A stretch of 64,000 nucleotides of DNA from Octopus vulgaris (taxonomy: Eukaryota). The notes under the pieces are model-generated. The model was not told the DNA's origin. It worked only from the letters and a program-made list of their open reading frames with translations, and did not search any database. The stretch is from contig OX597835.1 in assembly GCA_951406725.2 (NCBI GenBank), positions 26,598,001 to 26,662,000 on the forward strand, in the 5' to 3' direction. The translations under genes and the position numbers were made by a program. Below are positions 25,348 to 41,131 of this stretch, piece by piece (position 1 is the first letter of the stretch; each line of letters starts with the position of its first letter).

Positions 25348-26864
25348 TCATAAATGAGGGTGAAAAATTAGATATTAATTTAATAATACCATCAGTTTAA
25401 CACCAAGTGGCCTAGCACATAAAAACCAGGGAGACAATACAAATTTATACGTAAATATAAGAGAGTTACCGTTAAGTGGTTAACTCTAGTGCTAGAAATA
25501 GCTCCTTATTCTGGTATAGCCACCAAAGTTGTTTCCACAAAAGAAATAACATCACCTCCAACGTAAATATCTCAAAGCTCATGTGCACCGATCTAGAGCC
25601 TCGCTTAGTACATACTGTGCTGATGATGCCTAATAGACAGAAACAAACGTTTGCTGTGAGATTAAATGAAGGCCATCGTATCGCCCCCTAATCCATCATT
25701 ACTCCCAAACTGTCAGATTAAGTAAAGCTGGAGCCCCAGAGATGTGTATCTGGAAGGGGAATGGCATCCATCCATTGTGTTACATCAATATCTGATGAAG
25801 GCTTTACTTCCTTGTCGTGAACATAAAACGGCTTTCTATTTCTGTGTCTGAATGTACAATTGCGGACAAAATGTTTAGAACGGCATTGTTTTCGTCAGAA
25901 AAGTAGGTATAAGCTTTTATCAAAGTTGTTTTATATTCTATAATTTTCACAGACAATAAATACGATATTATTTGTTATTGTCTGAGATTTTGGTGTAATT
26001 TCAGTGGATAATACAAAAGTTATGGATGATTTAGTGATTTACTGCAAAACCAATTTTGGCCGCAACTGTACGTGCCTTATCTCAGAAGACGCAGCATTCA
26101 GCGTTCAGCGTTCAAGAAATAACCACGCGCCATATTTGTCGGCTGCACATCCGTTACAATATCTTTCTCACCAACTCTTTTAATCTGTTCCTTCTCTATT
26201 TTTAGCGTTTTTGCAATCGGCAATGATTTTCTGTATTCTATTTATTCTACTCGAATGTAGAACGTCCTCATCAACGCTTAATTAGGTCGCTGATCCGGTT
26301 GCAGTACACTTTCTCTACCGTGAACGATACTTCTAAATTTTAAGTTTTTTGTTTGAATTCTGATTTGTGTATGACTCCTAACTCGTATAGGAGTCTTATG
26401 TTGACCCTGCCGATAGTATACCTGAAGCCATCTGTGCTGGCGTCAATCTGAAATTGCGAGTATGCAACGCTTTCCTTATGTGCTTCCCTCATAATTACAC
26501 TTTCGACATACGAGCTAAACAAGATAACACGATTTTTCCAAGATCCCATTCGCACTTCTGAAAAACCTAATTGGTAACTGCCAAACAGCTGGAACTCTCT
26601 GTCTGGTATTTTTATCGTCTGGTATTTTCATTGTCTGGTTCATTATTTCGTTCATGTGAAAAAGAAAAAAAAAAGTGGCGTGCTTCTATAGTTCATTGCG
26701 TCCCACCATCACTGTAGGAATACATCTTCCTGCCACTCAAAAACTGTCCTTCTTGCAACACGTATGAAAAGTGATTTTGTAAACAGACAAAATGTCTGAC
26801 GATAAACTTATTTTTCTCTCCCAGATAATAGCATAGACTCTTAAACAATTTGAAAGACTTCTAT

Positions 26865-27275
26865 TACTCTTTTACTTGTTTCAGTCATTTGACTGTGGCC
26901 ATGCTGGAGCACCGCCTTTAGTCGAGCAAATCGACGCCGGGACTTATTCTTTGTAAGCCCAGTACTTATTCTATCGGTCTATTTTGCCGAACCGCTAAGT
27001 GACGAGGACGTAAACACACCAGCATCGGTTGTCAAGCAATGCTAGGGGAACAAAGACAGACACACAAACACATACACACATACATATATATATATATATA
27101 TGTACATATATACGAAGGCTTCTTTCAGTTTCCGTCTACCAAATCCACTCGCAAGGCATTGGTCGGCCCGGGGCTATAGCAGAAGACACTTGCCCAAGAT
27201 GCCACGCAGTGGGACTGAACCCGGAACCATGTGGTTGGTTAGCAAGCTACTTACCACACAGCCACTCCTGCGCGT
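26865..27275 (-). mobile_element. SINE family A, full length
   Basis: Family match. Confidence 0.92.
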
Positions 27276-27335
27276 CTATTGTAGAAATTTAAAATAAAAA
27301 CAACTTATTTTACATGGTAATCTGTTGCAACGACG

Positions 27336-27732
<397 letters not shown>

Positions 27733-28454
27733 TGCTAAGGATAATATGTAAGCAAGCTAAATGCGAGAAGCAATGAAATAAATAGCCGATAATATATGTT
27801 GAATGTCTAATAATTAGCAGAGAACAATTAACCGCATTATCTCAGACTAACCTAATTTTGGATCTCCGTTCATTTTTCATTTTCTTTTAATTTTTTTTAA
27901 TTATTTCCAAATAAAGACAGAGTGGGGAAAAGGCAAAGAAGGTAATTATATACCTTGGGTAGTGTTAAAAATCAAACACTAGCAAAATTTAAGAAACGCG
28001 TAGATCAGCCGTCACTCGCGAGCGATTACGAACTGGTAGCATGTAAACACGTTTTGTTTTGCTAATTGGTTTTAGATGTAGTTGTGAGACGACTTAGCTC
28101 TCCTCTCGGATCACAGGATTATAGGGTATGTGGTAGAAAGAGAGAAAAAGAGACGGAGACAGGGGGAAAGAGAGAGGGAGAAAGAGAGAAAGAGAGAGAG
28201 TGTAACATACAGATAGACAGAGAGTTGGGGGGTCTTTACTAGATGTTGACGGGTACTCGTTTTCAGCTGAGAGGACGAGTACACCGTCGAAATGATAAGT
28301 CTTGCTCCAGGACAATGTGTGCCGCCTGGACCAGGATTCGAAACAATGAACCCGTGCATGCCAGTCTTAGCAGTCCAGCAGGCTGATCACAGTCCATATA
28401 CTCTGTCACAAACAAACAATGCGTGACCCATTTGTCTACAGATGTCAGTATACA

Positions 28455-28685
28455 AACATATATATATATATATATAGTGTAATAAAATATATGCATACAT
28501 ACAAACATATATGTACGTACCGACATCTACATGTATATATACATGCATATATAAATATATATACGTACAGGACACCACAAAAACACGTAAAACTCAACAG
28601 AAACGAAAACGGAAAAGCCATTTTGTTACAACAGAAAGACAGAGACGTGGAACAGGACGAGAACGAAAACGGGAAAAACATTATT

Positions 28686-28690
<5 letters not shown>
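28455..28690. repeat. Unclassified (TA)n-flanked repeat; inverted relative at 44000-44455, distant relative at 35410-35750
   Basis: Shared ATATATGCATACATAC..GTACGTACC.ACATCTACATG..TACAGGA.ACCACAAA..ACTCAAC..AGAAACGAAAACG. Confidence 0.75.
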
Positions 28691-28737
<47 letters not shown>

Positions 28738-29049
28738 TATACATACATACATGAATACACAAACATACATACCTACACACACATTCAGGCGTTATACATA
28801 TACATGATCAGAATAAAACTAAACATTCGGTTGTCAAGCGTCTGTTATTATCACGACATAATAAATCTTTACACGTGTTTCACTAATGTATAGTGTCAGG
28901 TAATCGTTGCAACAACGGTTACGTAATCAATCCGTAAGGTAAGATCATCAGAAGAAAACAGTTCCCAGTTCTTTTCTTCCTACCAGCTGACTTTGATAAC
29001 AAACAATAGAGTAAATTACTGTTTTATTCTAATCTACGATATATATATA

Positions 29050-29220
29050 TTCTTTAACTTGTTTCAGTCATTTGACTGCGGCCAAATCAACCCCAGGACT
29101 TATTCTTTGTAAACCTAATACTTATTATATCTGCCTCTTTTGCCGAACCGCTAAGTTACGGGGACGAAAATACACCAATATCGGTTTTCAAGTGATGGTA
29201 GGGAACAAACACCGATACAC

Positions 29221-29307
<87 letters not shown>

Positions 29308-29453
29308 TATACAACGGGTTTCTTTTAGTTTCCGTCTACCAAATCCACTCACAAGGCTTTGGTCGGCCCGAGGCTATACTAGAAGACACTTGCCGAAGGT
29401 CCCAGGCAGTGGGATTGAGCCCGGAGCCATGTCGTTGGGAAGCCATTCCTGCG

Positions 29454-29458
<5 letters not shown>
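29050..29458 (-). mobile_element. SINE family A with internal deletions
   Basis: Family match. Confidence 0.85.
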
Positions 29459-29493
<35 letters not shown>

Positions 29494-29761
29494 CAAAATG
29501 GGACGAGAACGCAAAACATCCAGAAGACGATACAAAAAACACGGACGGGTCATTCGAAACCTTCAATCTTCAGTCAAGAACCTGATCATCCTCGCAATTT
29601 CGGCTGATTGACCTTGAGATTGCTCCAATCTGGCCAGCCCCAAGGAAAAACTAAGCTAAGAGCATTAGCTTCCTTGGAAAAAAAACTTCGAATGTATACG
29701 AAACAAGGACGGAAAAAACGGACGATGTTACACGAATATAAATACAAAAATAATACGAAAA

Positions 29762-29824
<63 letters not shown>

Positions 29825-30133
29825 TAATAAAACAACAACAACAACAACAACAACAATAATAATAATAATAAATACGACTCTCAATGTTACTTCATATGTC
29901 TTTCTAATATATTTCAAACTGAAGTGTTTGATTTGATGAAGGTTTTCGCTGCAGCTATTTTGCAGGTCGCATAGAGACACTCCTAATAATCATTGTCCGT
30001 TCATGTATGTAACTTATAAGTGTAGTTACTGTGTGGGTGGTAAATATATCCTGTTTACGGACAGAAAAATATTGCTTTGTACGTGTATGTATGTATGTAT
30101 GTATGTATGTATGTATGTATGTATGTATATATG

Positions 30134-30211
<78 letters not shown>

Positions 30212-30237
30212 AACATACATATATATGTATATGTATG

Positions 30238-30398
30238 TGTCTCCGTGTTTCTTTTCTGAGTATCTTTCTGTTGAAGAGCGTAGGCTCGAAACGTAAAAGA
30301 CGTATTTTATTTCTATTCCTGAGCGCCATACTAATACAATTGTGTGTTTGTACTCCACCTGCCTTCGTCTTTTGTTTATTTTCGTAAGCTTCCCGTTA
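30238..30398 (+). mobile_element. Short hammerhead-bearing element between microsatellites (probable Penelope-like terminal repeat remnant)
   Basis: TCTTT-CTGTTGA-A-GAGC-GTAG-GCTC-GAAA-CG-TA-AAAGA at 30263-30300; homologous to 32222-32390 (minus), 37985-38145 and 54505-54705. Confidence 0.7.
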
Positions 30399-30401
30399 TA
30401 T

Positions 30402-30486
<85 letters not shown>

Positions 30487-30721
30487 TGTGTGTGTGTGTG
30501 TGGCTGAATGGTAAGCAGTTCTGTTGCCAAACATATAGATCCGGCTTCAGTCCCACAGCATGGCTCCTTTGCAAGTGTTGTCTACTACACCCTCCTCTGG
30601 TGATGGTGGTGGAGCGGCTGCTGCTGTTGCTGATGAAAATGTCACAAACCTCTGTTTGTTTCCGACAGATATATATATACTGCATCTCGTGCCACCGTTA
30701 GAACTGTCCCTATTGTCACAT

Positions 30722-30860
30722 ATACGATGTCTGATCAATAAGTATCCGGACTGTTGCCATTGTAACGAAGCTAAAGCACGCAGAGTGAAGCCGCTTGGCA
30801 CAGATTGGTCTTGAACTCTGCTCTGTATGCGCAATAAGTTTTAACGTTCTAGCTCACTAA
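30722..30860 (+). mobile_element. mariner-type transposon end
   Basis: TA followed by CGATGTCTGATCAATAAGTATCCGGACTG, resembling mariner TIR starts; no partner TIR seen. Confidence 0.5.
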
Positions 30861-30908
30861 CCATTGAGCATGCGCCTTCTGTCTGTCTGTCTGCTTGTAT
30901 GTATATAA

Positions 30909-31251
<343 letters not shown>

Positions 31252-31339
31252 GTATTTCTATGTAAATAATATATAGTCTAATGACTAATTCGTTTTTGTG
31301 CTTGGCCACTGGGAATAATATTTTCTTATTACCCTATTA

Positions 31340-31464
<125 letters not shown>

Positions 31465-32181
31465 AAGAGAGAGAGAGAGAGGGGGTTCTTTCGATTGTTA
31501 TCGACATTTTGATGGTAATAACCAGAATGAGATCATGGTTGGTAATTAAGATAAAACATTTTAAGCAAACCAGCTTTTCATCGTTTTTAGCGGGAAGATT
31601 AGCAACTACGATCGCTTGGTCACCCTCTGGCCACTTTCTCACTAAATATAACTTCGTAAATAAATCATTGAGATACAGGCATCCTTGCCATACGGAATAA
31701 TTATGCTTCCTCGAAATTTTGCCAAAATGTGCAGTTCCGTAACGCGAAGACTTTGTGCGTGTGAGTGCAGGGATGTGTGTGTGTACGTGTGTGTGTGTGA
31801 ACGAGGGTGTGTATGTGTGCGTGCGTAAGTGTGTGTAATGTGTGTGTGTGTATGTATGTATATGTGTGTGTGTGTGTGTGTGTGTATACATATGTGTATA
31901 CATATACACACACATGCATAGCATACGTACATACATACATGCAGACCCTGAAAGCCCCATGTCAACCTTTATATATCTAAATGTATATCTGTATGTGAAT
32001 ATGTATTGATATGAATGTAGTTACCACTCTATATAAGTATATGTACGAATACGTGTGTGTATATATGTATATATATATGTGTGTGAGAATGTGTGTATAT
32101 GTAGATATATATATATATTGATATACATATATATATATACACACACACACATTTATATCCATAAATACATACACACATACG

Positions 32182-32221
<40 letters not shown>

Positions 32222-32226
<5 letters not shown>

Positions 32227-32390
32227 AGAGTTTACGAAAAAAACAAAAGACGCAGACAGGTGGTGTACAAAACAAACAGATGTATTAGTATAACGCTCAG
32301 GAATAGAAAAAGGTCTTTTACGTTTCGAGCCTACGCTCTTCTACAGAAAGGGCCACAGAAAAAACAAGGAGAGAAAAAACGTAGTTGCTA
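32222..32390 (-). mobile_element. Short hammerhead-bearing element, inverted homolog of 30238-30398
   Basis: Minus strand CTTT-CTGTAGA-A-GAGC-GTAG-GCTC-GAAA-CG-TA-AAAG at 32315-32350. Confidence 0.7.
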
Positions 32391-32409
32391 ATATATATAT
32401 TGATATACT

Positions 32410-32485
<76 letters not shown>

Positions 32486-32544
32486 TGTATACATACGCAC
32501 ATATATATATATATAAATATATTTTTTTTTTTTTTTTTTTTTTT

Positions 32545-32752
32545 TTTGTACTTGTTTCAGTCATTTGACTGCGGCCATGCTGGACACCGCCTAGAGTGGT
32601 GAAAGAGTACAGCAGGGATCACCACCATCCCTGCCGGAGCCTCGTGGAGCTTTTAGGTGTTTTCGCTCAATAAACACACACAACGCCCGGTTTGGGAATC
32701 GAAACCGTGATCCTCCGACCGCAAGTCCGCTGCCCTAACCACTGGCCATTGC
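32545..32752 (-). mobile_element. SINE C 5' half fused to a SINE A tail
   Basis: 32595-32752 matches the family C head and body; 32545-32592 matches the family A tail. Confidence 0.75.
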
Positions 32753-32800
<48 letters not shown>

Positions 32801-33300
32801 TTAAACTACAACAGACGTGCATTTGCCGATTAGGCTGTGATGTAGCGTGGTGGAGACTACTTCCTCAAACCTGAAAGTCATGGACGAGCGATGGACATCG
32901 GCGTTTTGCTAGTCACGAGGCTTATCAATTTCACGTACCCAAACCGAATCGGAAGTGAATAGCACTGCCAGTTCATGCGCGCGGGCGCGGGCGTGTGTGT
33001 GTGTGTGTTAGTTTCTGCATGTGCTTATGTACGTAATTATAAACGCTTTTATGCAAGTTACGTACGCATGTAGGAATATTTTGTATGTTATCTTTCTCTT
33101 TTCACTATTTGAATTCCTCATAAAACAGAAGAGTCTGGCATCTAGCGAAGAGACAAAGCTTCATCGCCGGAATCTAAATAACATTAACAACAACACCAGC
33201 AACGACGTCGACGACGATGACGATGATAAAGTATTGTTTGTTGAACATTACATAAACTCTTACATATTTCTACATTTCTACCACTCTCTTTACAAACTTT

Positions 33301-33733
33301 GGATCTTTTCGGTTTGAACGGCAGTTTTTTCTAGCGGTGTCATATGAAACTGTCACCCATAACTATGACCCTAGTATCGATCTATTGCATTTCAATCTGT
33401 TTTAGGGTTAGTTAGGGTTAAGGTTAGGGTTAGGGGTGTGGGAAAGGGTATCTTTTTTTCTTCAGAAATGTAAATAAACCCAATCCGTTTTATAAACGAG
33501 GGACATATTCATACGGCACAGAATGTTGTTTACCTCAATGGACGTCAGTGATTGGTTGAAATTGCAGAAATTGAAGAAAACAACAACAAATATCTTACAA
33601 ACTATAGAATTTTCTCAATAAAGCCAAGAGAAAAAGATGTTTTATAAACACATTCTACCAGTATACGAAGTTTAAAAGTGTTTAGTTACGTGGAAATTAT
33701 TTTAAAAAACTGCCGGTCAAACCGAAAAGATCC
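33301..33733. mobile_element. TTAGGG-bearing MITE copy 3
   Basis: Same TIRs; TSD CAAACTTT / CAAGCTTT (7 of 8 match). Confidence 0.93.
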
Positions 33734-33817
33734 CAAGCTTTTACAGGTGATTATTTACAAATCGTTGCTTTAAAAATCCACAGCCTTTTTACACCTCAAA
33801 CATTTACCCAACGGCTA

Positions 33818-34143
33818 AAAAATACTCCGCCGGTTACGACGACGAGGGTCCCAGCTGATACGATCAACAGAACAGCTTGCTCGTGAAATTAACGTGCAAA
33901 TGGCTGAGCATTCCACAGACACGTGTACCCTTAACGTAGTTCTCGGGGATAATCAGCGTGACACAGAGAGTGACAAGGCTGACCCTTTGAAATACAAGTA
34001 CAACTCATTTTTGCCAGCTGAGTGGACTGGAGCAACGTGAAATAAAGTGTCTTGCTCAAGGACACAACGCGTCGCCGGGAATCGAACTCACAACCTTACG
34101 ATCATGAGCCGAATGCCCTAACCACTAAGCCACGCGCCCTCAC
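33818..34143 (-). mobile_element. SINE family E (tRNA head plus CORE-like domain) with 12-bp TSD
   Basis: Minus head TGGCTTAGTGG...AGTTCGATTCC, then TCCTTGAGCAAGACACTTTA; TSD ACCCAACGGCTA at 33806-33817 and 34144-34155; second copy at 59680-60010. Confidence 0.9.
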
Positions 34144-34893
34144 ACCCAACGGCTACCAAGTACACAAATATCTGAGCGTACGTAAATGTAAATATATTTA
34201 TATAATCTATTAGACACGCTGTAGGTTTCGAAGCGAGTTGTCTGTAAATATATTAAATATTATATATTTCTCACTGATAGTGTAATAAATGTTCACATCT
34301 GTAGAACAGCTGACCGCTATAAAAGTTGATAATTTCTATTTTTCTATCTTTTGACCCAAACAGCTATTTGAAGCAAGCCTGTTATTTTTGAATTTCCTAG
34401 ACGTTCTCATAGAAATGTCTCGCCAACGTAGCCTTGTCTTCATACACTTGTATGTATTCAATAAGAGAAACATTTTCTATTTTTATCATTCCAAGCCAGT
34501 CTTTCCCACTAATGGTATTGTATATTGTTTTAGCAACAACATTATGCTGTGTGTAGAGGAATGTGGTTACGCAGTTACATATTTGAACAGTTTTCTGATC
34601 ATAACATCGTAATATTTTGCGCACAGATCTCTGACATAATCGATGTAATCTTCAAATTGGTCGATAATCCGTGAAGGCGGTGAATTACTGAGTCGTTAAA
34701 ATGCGGGGGCGGGGGTACATTCGCTGCGGTATTCGTTCCAAATATATACACTCTGAATCCAAATAACGTCCGGATCAATTTTTTTTTTTTTTTTAGCCGT
34801 AGATGGGTAGAAATATCAACGGGTCAGGCAATATGCTTTACGGTTTTTATTCTGGTCACTTTTACGTTCTGAGTTCAAATCACACTGAAATTA

Positions 34894-34927
<34 letters not shown>

Positions 34928-35138
34928 TTTTTCTCATTTTTTCTGGCTCTTTATGTTCTGCCATACGTTGAGGCGATAAAGCTAGAGGAGATGTCCTCTT
35001 GGGGTTAAAAAATCGCAGTAGAGTCCGTTCGAACGGACAGACATGTCAAAGTAGCTACGAATATCACATATATATATATATGTATGCATCAATCTATCTA
35101 TCTATATATACATATACATACATACATACATACACACA

Positions 35139-35190
<52 letters not shown>

Positions 35191-35191
<1 letters not shown>

Positions 35192-35380
35192 CACCGTGAT
35201 CACCGTGACCGACCAGACTATCAGATGTTGCTACACATCGCTGATCACAATGCGCTTTGCATTGTTTTAGCCTTCAAATGACGCCACCCCGCTGGCTAAG
35301 CGAGCAGGCCAACAGAAGAAAGTGTGAGAGAAAGTTGTGGCGAAAGAGTACAGCAGGGACCGCCACCCCCCCCCTGCCGG
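35191..35380 (-). mobile_element. SINE family C 3' half
   Basis: Matches 42235-42540; (CACGGT) tail. Confidence 0.88.
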
Positions 35381-35774
35381 AATATATATATATATATATA
35401 TATATATAGTAAATAATATACAGATGCATATATGGGTACAGAATATCACCAACGGTGCAAATAACATGAAATACGTAAACAAACGTGGAAAAACGAGTGA
35501 AATAGGTAAACAAAAAATGGAAAACAGGACAAGTCAACACAAAGAAAGGACCCTCCTCCATCAGTTGTCGGTCGTCTATCTACTCCTCATTTCGAGCATT
35601 CAACGACAATATGAGTTTTGAAAGACAGTTGCCCCCATAAATTCTAAAATAAAATTTAGGATTTATCAAAGGTCAAAGCTGGGAACCAAAAAATTACAGT
35701 GATGACATACAAGTAAACCGAACAGAAAAAAACATAGAGGGTTGTTCTATATGTACGTGTGTGTGTGTGTGTGT

Positions 35775-35846
<72 letters not shown>

Positions 35847-36016
35847 GCACATATATATTATATATGCTATATTATATATCATTTATTGTAATATATGTTA
35901 TATAACATAGGCGTAGCGTGGCTGTGTGGTAAGAAGTTTTTCCCAACCACATGGTTTCTGGTTCAATCCAAGTGCGTAACACCTTGGACAAACGCCTTCT
36001 AGTATAGCCTCACCAG

Positions 36017-36145
<129 letters not shown>

Positions 36146-36335
36146 AATGAGATAGGGGTTGAAAAATCAACCCACCATGGGATAACATATATCCAATTTC
36201 CTTGTCTAATTATATTTACAATATATTTTGTATAATGTCTTTGCTGTTATGTAATGGTGTAATAAAGTATTGATTGGGTATTATCTGATGGTCGATGTTT
36301 GATTGATTTAGGTATGTTTCTCCATTTTCTAATTT

Positions 36336-36382
<47 letters not shown>

Positions 36383-36721
36383 TCGGGTTTGTTCGATTTT
36401 TAGTGCTCTCAAATTTAAATTCAACGAAATCTTGGGCTGATGACAGGAATGTTGGAATAAGTATGTATTTCTAGCATCTCTATAACCGAGAAACGGCGTT
36501 CTCAAGTAATCGATTCATGAGTGATCTTTCGTTATTTTTCCCTCTATGCCTACGTGAGTTGAGTTGTGTTTTTTCTTTCTTTTTGTTTTTTTTTTTTGAG
36601 TATACATTGTATGGGAGACTCTTCTTATAGTTGAGGAAATAGCTAAATTCTTTGGCTGCTATTTCTAAAAGTTCGGTGTGTGGTAAAGTAAAATTTTTTG
36701 CTGAACCCTAATTATATAAAG

Positions 36722-36804
<83 letters not shown>

Positions 36805-36813
<9 letters not shown>

Positions 36814-37223
36814 AAAGAGAGGTTGTGTGTCTGTCTCCTACGATTTAGATTCCTAACTACTCCCACATTTTGCGGTGCAGTTTAACCAGAACCGGGTATC
36901 TTATAGTCGTGATTCATATCGAGCCCTTCTGGGTATTAGCGCGCGTCTACGATGAGTCTACGATTTAAAAAAAAAATTACCATCAATTTTTCCCATTCTT
37001 AATGCATTTTTGGCATATATAAGGGAAGTAACTCTCTAAAAATTTATTATTAAATCTCAGAAGGTAAAAAGCTACAGTAACACCCCCCCCCCTTTGTGGT
37101 TAGCCATATTGAGATGGCTATTATACTTCTCTAAAAAACTTCTCTGGCTATTATACATATCTAAAAATGCTTATATATTTATTTCCCTTACAAACCCGAG
37201 CAACGCCGGGCGATACTGCTAGT
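36805..37223 (+). mobile_element. Non-autonomous Helitron
   Basis: TATATATAAA-type start; 3' hairpin CCCG-AGCAACGC-CGGG at 37195-37210 followed by CTAG at 37219-37222 and T; no TSD. Confidence 0.8.
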
Positions 37224-38008
37224 ATACATATATATATATGATATATATATATATTATTGCTACATACTTCTATAAACACTATGTTTCCTGAAAAGCTACT
37301 TTTACAAAAGCGTATAACGGGACAACACAGAGAAATACCGACCTCATGACGAGCGATCGTCTTGGCGGATGTTTCTGCTTCTCTACTTAATTCGTTTGTC
37401 ATCGCATTTGAGAAGTAAAATGGCCGATGAAATGTAGATTAGGCGCTAAATGATAGCTACCAATACTTGTAGAACTTTGGTTAATTGTAATGCGTTGATA
37501 AACCGCCCATTATAGTATACTATCAAAGAATTTCTGGAAGTTTTCAGCGAAATTGCAGACAAGATTATGTGGTTCGGTCTTTCTTGCGCTTGTTTCATTT
37601 TCTTAATCGGTTTTCAGATAACAGCATAATATTGTATGGTCTACCATATGTATGTATATATGTGCGTATATATGTATGATTGTATGTGTGTAGGCGTGTA
37701 AGTATGTATGTATGTATGGTATGTATGTATGTATGTATGTATGTATGTATGTATGTATGTATGTATGTATGTATGGATGGATGGATGGATAGATATAAAT
37801 CTATTATGTATGTATACATGTATGCGTGTCTGTATGTGTGAAATAAAAGTTCAAAGTATGCATATAGACATAAATACATATGTATATATATTTATATGCG
37901 TGTGTATGTGTTTGTGTGTGCGTGTCTGTGTATGTGTACGTGAGTATATATGCATGTATGTAAGAACATACATACAAAATCATACATTTTGTACTTTCCA
38001 ACGTCTCC

Positions 38009-38045
38009 TGTTTCTGAAGAAGAGCTTTGCTTGAAACGTAAAACA
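38009..38045 (+). ncRNA. Minimal type I hammerhead ribozyme motif with an extra A after A9
   Basis: Stem I TGTTT/AAACA; core CTGAAGA; extra A; stem II GAGC-TTT-GCTT; GAAA; palindromic ACGT stem III; GUA triplet. Lies in element 37985-38145. Confidence 0.65.
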
Positions 38046-38144
38046 ACCACTCTTTCCTTCTCTGAGCGTCTCATTAATACTTTGCATGAACCACTTATTC
38101 GCGTTGTTGCTTTTTCTTGACTTTTTTCTCCATTTTTTTATTAA

Positions 38145-38181
<37 letters not shown>

Positions 38182-38288
38182 CGTGTGTGTGTTAAAATGT
38201 ATATATGCATACGTACAGACAATAACACATGCGTGTAGACCCACATGCATCTATGCATGTGAGCATAAATGAATGGATGTACATCCAC

Positions 38289-38334
<46 letters not shown>

Positions 38335-38854
38335 CTGTCTATCGATCGATCGATCACTCTGCTTGTATATGTGTATTAGTACGTGTGTGTGTGTGTGTGT
38401 TTGTTCGTGTATGTGTGTGTGCGTGTGCGTGCGTGCGTGCATCTACAAGCATATGTATGCAAAGATGTATATCTACAAGCATATGTATGCAAACATGTTG
38501 CCCCTTGTATGTCTAGCTTAGTATGATTTAACGTATATATATATATTTGTACATGTAGATGTATGTATATATACATTCTACACGCCAAGCTTCTGGAATG
38601 TTAGGATTATTTACACTAATTATTGGTTTGCAATTGTAATTTTCCTAATTAGCTATGTTCTTTCTGATTCTGCGTATTTGTATGTTTGTATGTATGTATG
38701 TATAGGTGTGTGAACGTATGTATATTGATAGGTAGGTTGGTATATGTATGCATATATTTATGTGTATATGCATGTATGTATGCATGCATTACACGCACAC
38801 ATACACACAAACATGTATACCTATATGTATAATTGCATATATATATATATATTT

Positions 38855-39350
<496 letters not shown>

Positions 39351-39385
39351 ATATATATATATATATACATACATACACATACATG

Positions 39386-39487
<102 letters not shown>

Positions 39488-39561
39488 CATGCATACATAC
39501 ATATACATACATGCATTCCAACATCACATAAAATACATATATATATATCCTCCCTAAATGC

Positions 39562-39600
<39 letters not shown>

Positions 39601-39669
39601 TGCAGATGAGGTATACATAGTGTGGCTATTCAGCGGTGGTGCCAGCATGGCGCGCTTCGGCATACATAA

Positions 39670-39739
<70 letters not shown>

Positions 39740-40241
39740 ATATACCACATATTGTGCGTACGGATGGATGGTTATGTATGTATGTATGTATGTATGTATG
39801 TATGTATGTGTGTGTGTTCCATGCAATGCTTCGCTCGACTTTCAACCTAATATCTCAACTACGCAGAACGCATACCGTTAATTATACGTCGCTTCACTGT
39901 CTGAACAGCATAATTTATACACGCCCTCTCGGTACGTACTTATACAGGATGTCTATAAATTACCTGTACAATTTGAAAAATTCGGAAAAGAAAATAAATG
40001 AGGATAATTCAGCAGAGTCTATTGGGAAACATATGAAAGGACATGCTCCCGAGTTCAATCCCGCTGCGTGGCACCATGGTCAAGCGTTCTCTGCTATGGC
40101 CTAGACCGACCAAATCCTTGTGAGCAGATTTGTTATAGGCAATCTGAAAGAAGTCCGTCGTCTATGTGTGTGTGTTTGCGTGTGTGTGTGTGTTTGCGTG
40201 TGTGTGTCTATGTGTGTGTGTCTATGTGTGTGTGTGTGTGT

Positions 40242-40461
40242 CGGCGAGCTGGCAGACACGTTAGCACGCTGGGCGAAATGCGTAGCTGTATTTCGTCTGC
40301 CGTTACGTTCTGAGTTCAAATTCCGCCGAGGTCGACTTTCCCTTTCATCCTTTCGGGGTCGATAAATTAAGTACCAGTTACGCACTGGGGTCGACGTAAT
40401 CCGTTTGTCTGTCCTAATTTGTCCCCTCTGTGTGTAGCCCCTTGTGGGTAGTAAAGAAATA
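40242..40461 (+). mobile_element. SINE family B inserted in a (TG)n tract after a SINE A head
   Basis: Family match. Confidence 0.9.
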
Positions 40462-40493
40462 TATGTGTGTGTGTGTGTGTCTGCGTGTGTGTG

Positions 40494-40524
<31 letters not shown>

Positions 40525-40844
40525 CTGTCTGTCTGTGTGTGTGTCTGTGTTTGTGTAATAAAAGGTAACGTTAACTTCTCGAGTCATACCGACTCAGGGT
40601 TTTGCTAAAGAACTCAACTCATCACCCGGTCCAGGAATCGAAACCACAATCTTACGATCAGGAGTCCAACACCCCTAATAGCTAAGCCACACACCTCCAC
40701 AGTGTTAGGTATTCTAGGATAGGACTGCTACATCTAGCATGAAAGCCTTTGATCAAAGGATTACTTGATCAGTACTGACCTAGTGTTAAATGATAACAAC
40801 ACCAGTGAGAGCACATTTAATAAGCTAGTCTTAGGTATGCTTAC

Positions 40845-41087
40845 CTTCCTTCCTTTTCGAGCCATACTCACTCCTAAGGGTCGGTTTTCATGGCGTATAT
40901 ATTCCCCACCTGGATGGGACGCCAGACCATCGCAGGATAACTCACTTTTGCCAGCTGAGTGGACTGAAGCAACGTAAAATGAAGTGTCTTGCTCAAGAAC
41001 ATAAGGCATCACCCGGTTCAAGAATCGAAACCATAATCTTACGATTTATGAGTCCAACACCGCTAACCACTAAGCCACGCGCTTCCA
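40845..41087 (-). mobile_element. SINE family F: E-type head and CORE-like domain joined to a D-type tail
   Basis: 40940-41087 matches 34000-34143; 40845-40930 matches the reverse complement of 13925-14008. Confidence 0.8.

Positions 41088-41131
<44 letters not shown>

Noticed and set aside
26340-26555. 71-aa minus-strand ORF in non-repetitive-looking sequence
   Set aside because: No recognisable domain or convincing splice signals; at most a faint resemblance to decayed LINE sequence.
28268-28295. Hammerhead-like CTGAGAG-GAC...GTC-GAAA
   Set aside because: Core is not CUGANGA, stems I and III are absent, and it lies in a decayed CORE-like SINE.
34388-34612. FLDVLI resembling a Penelope RT motif
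   Set aside because: Six residues only; flanks show no RT similarity.
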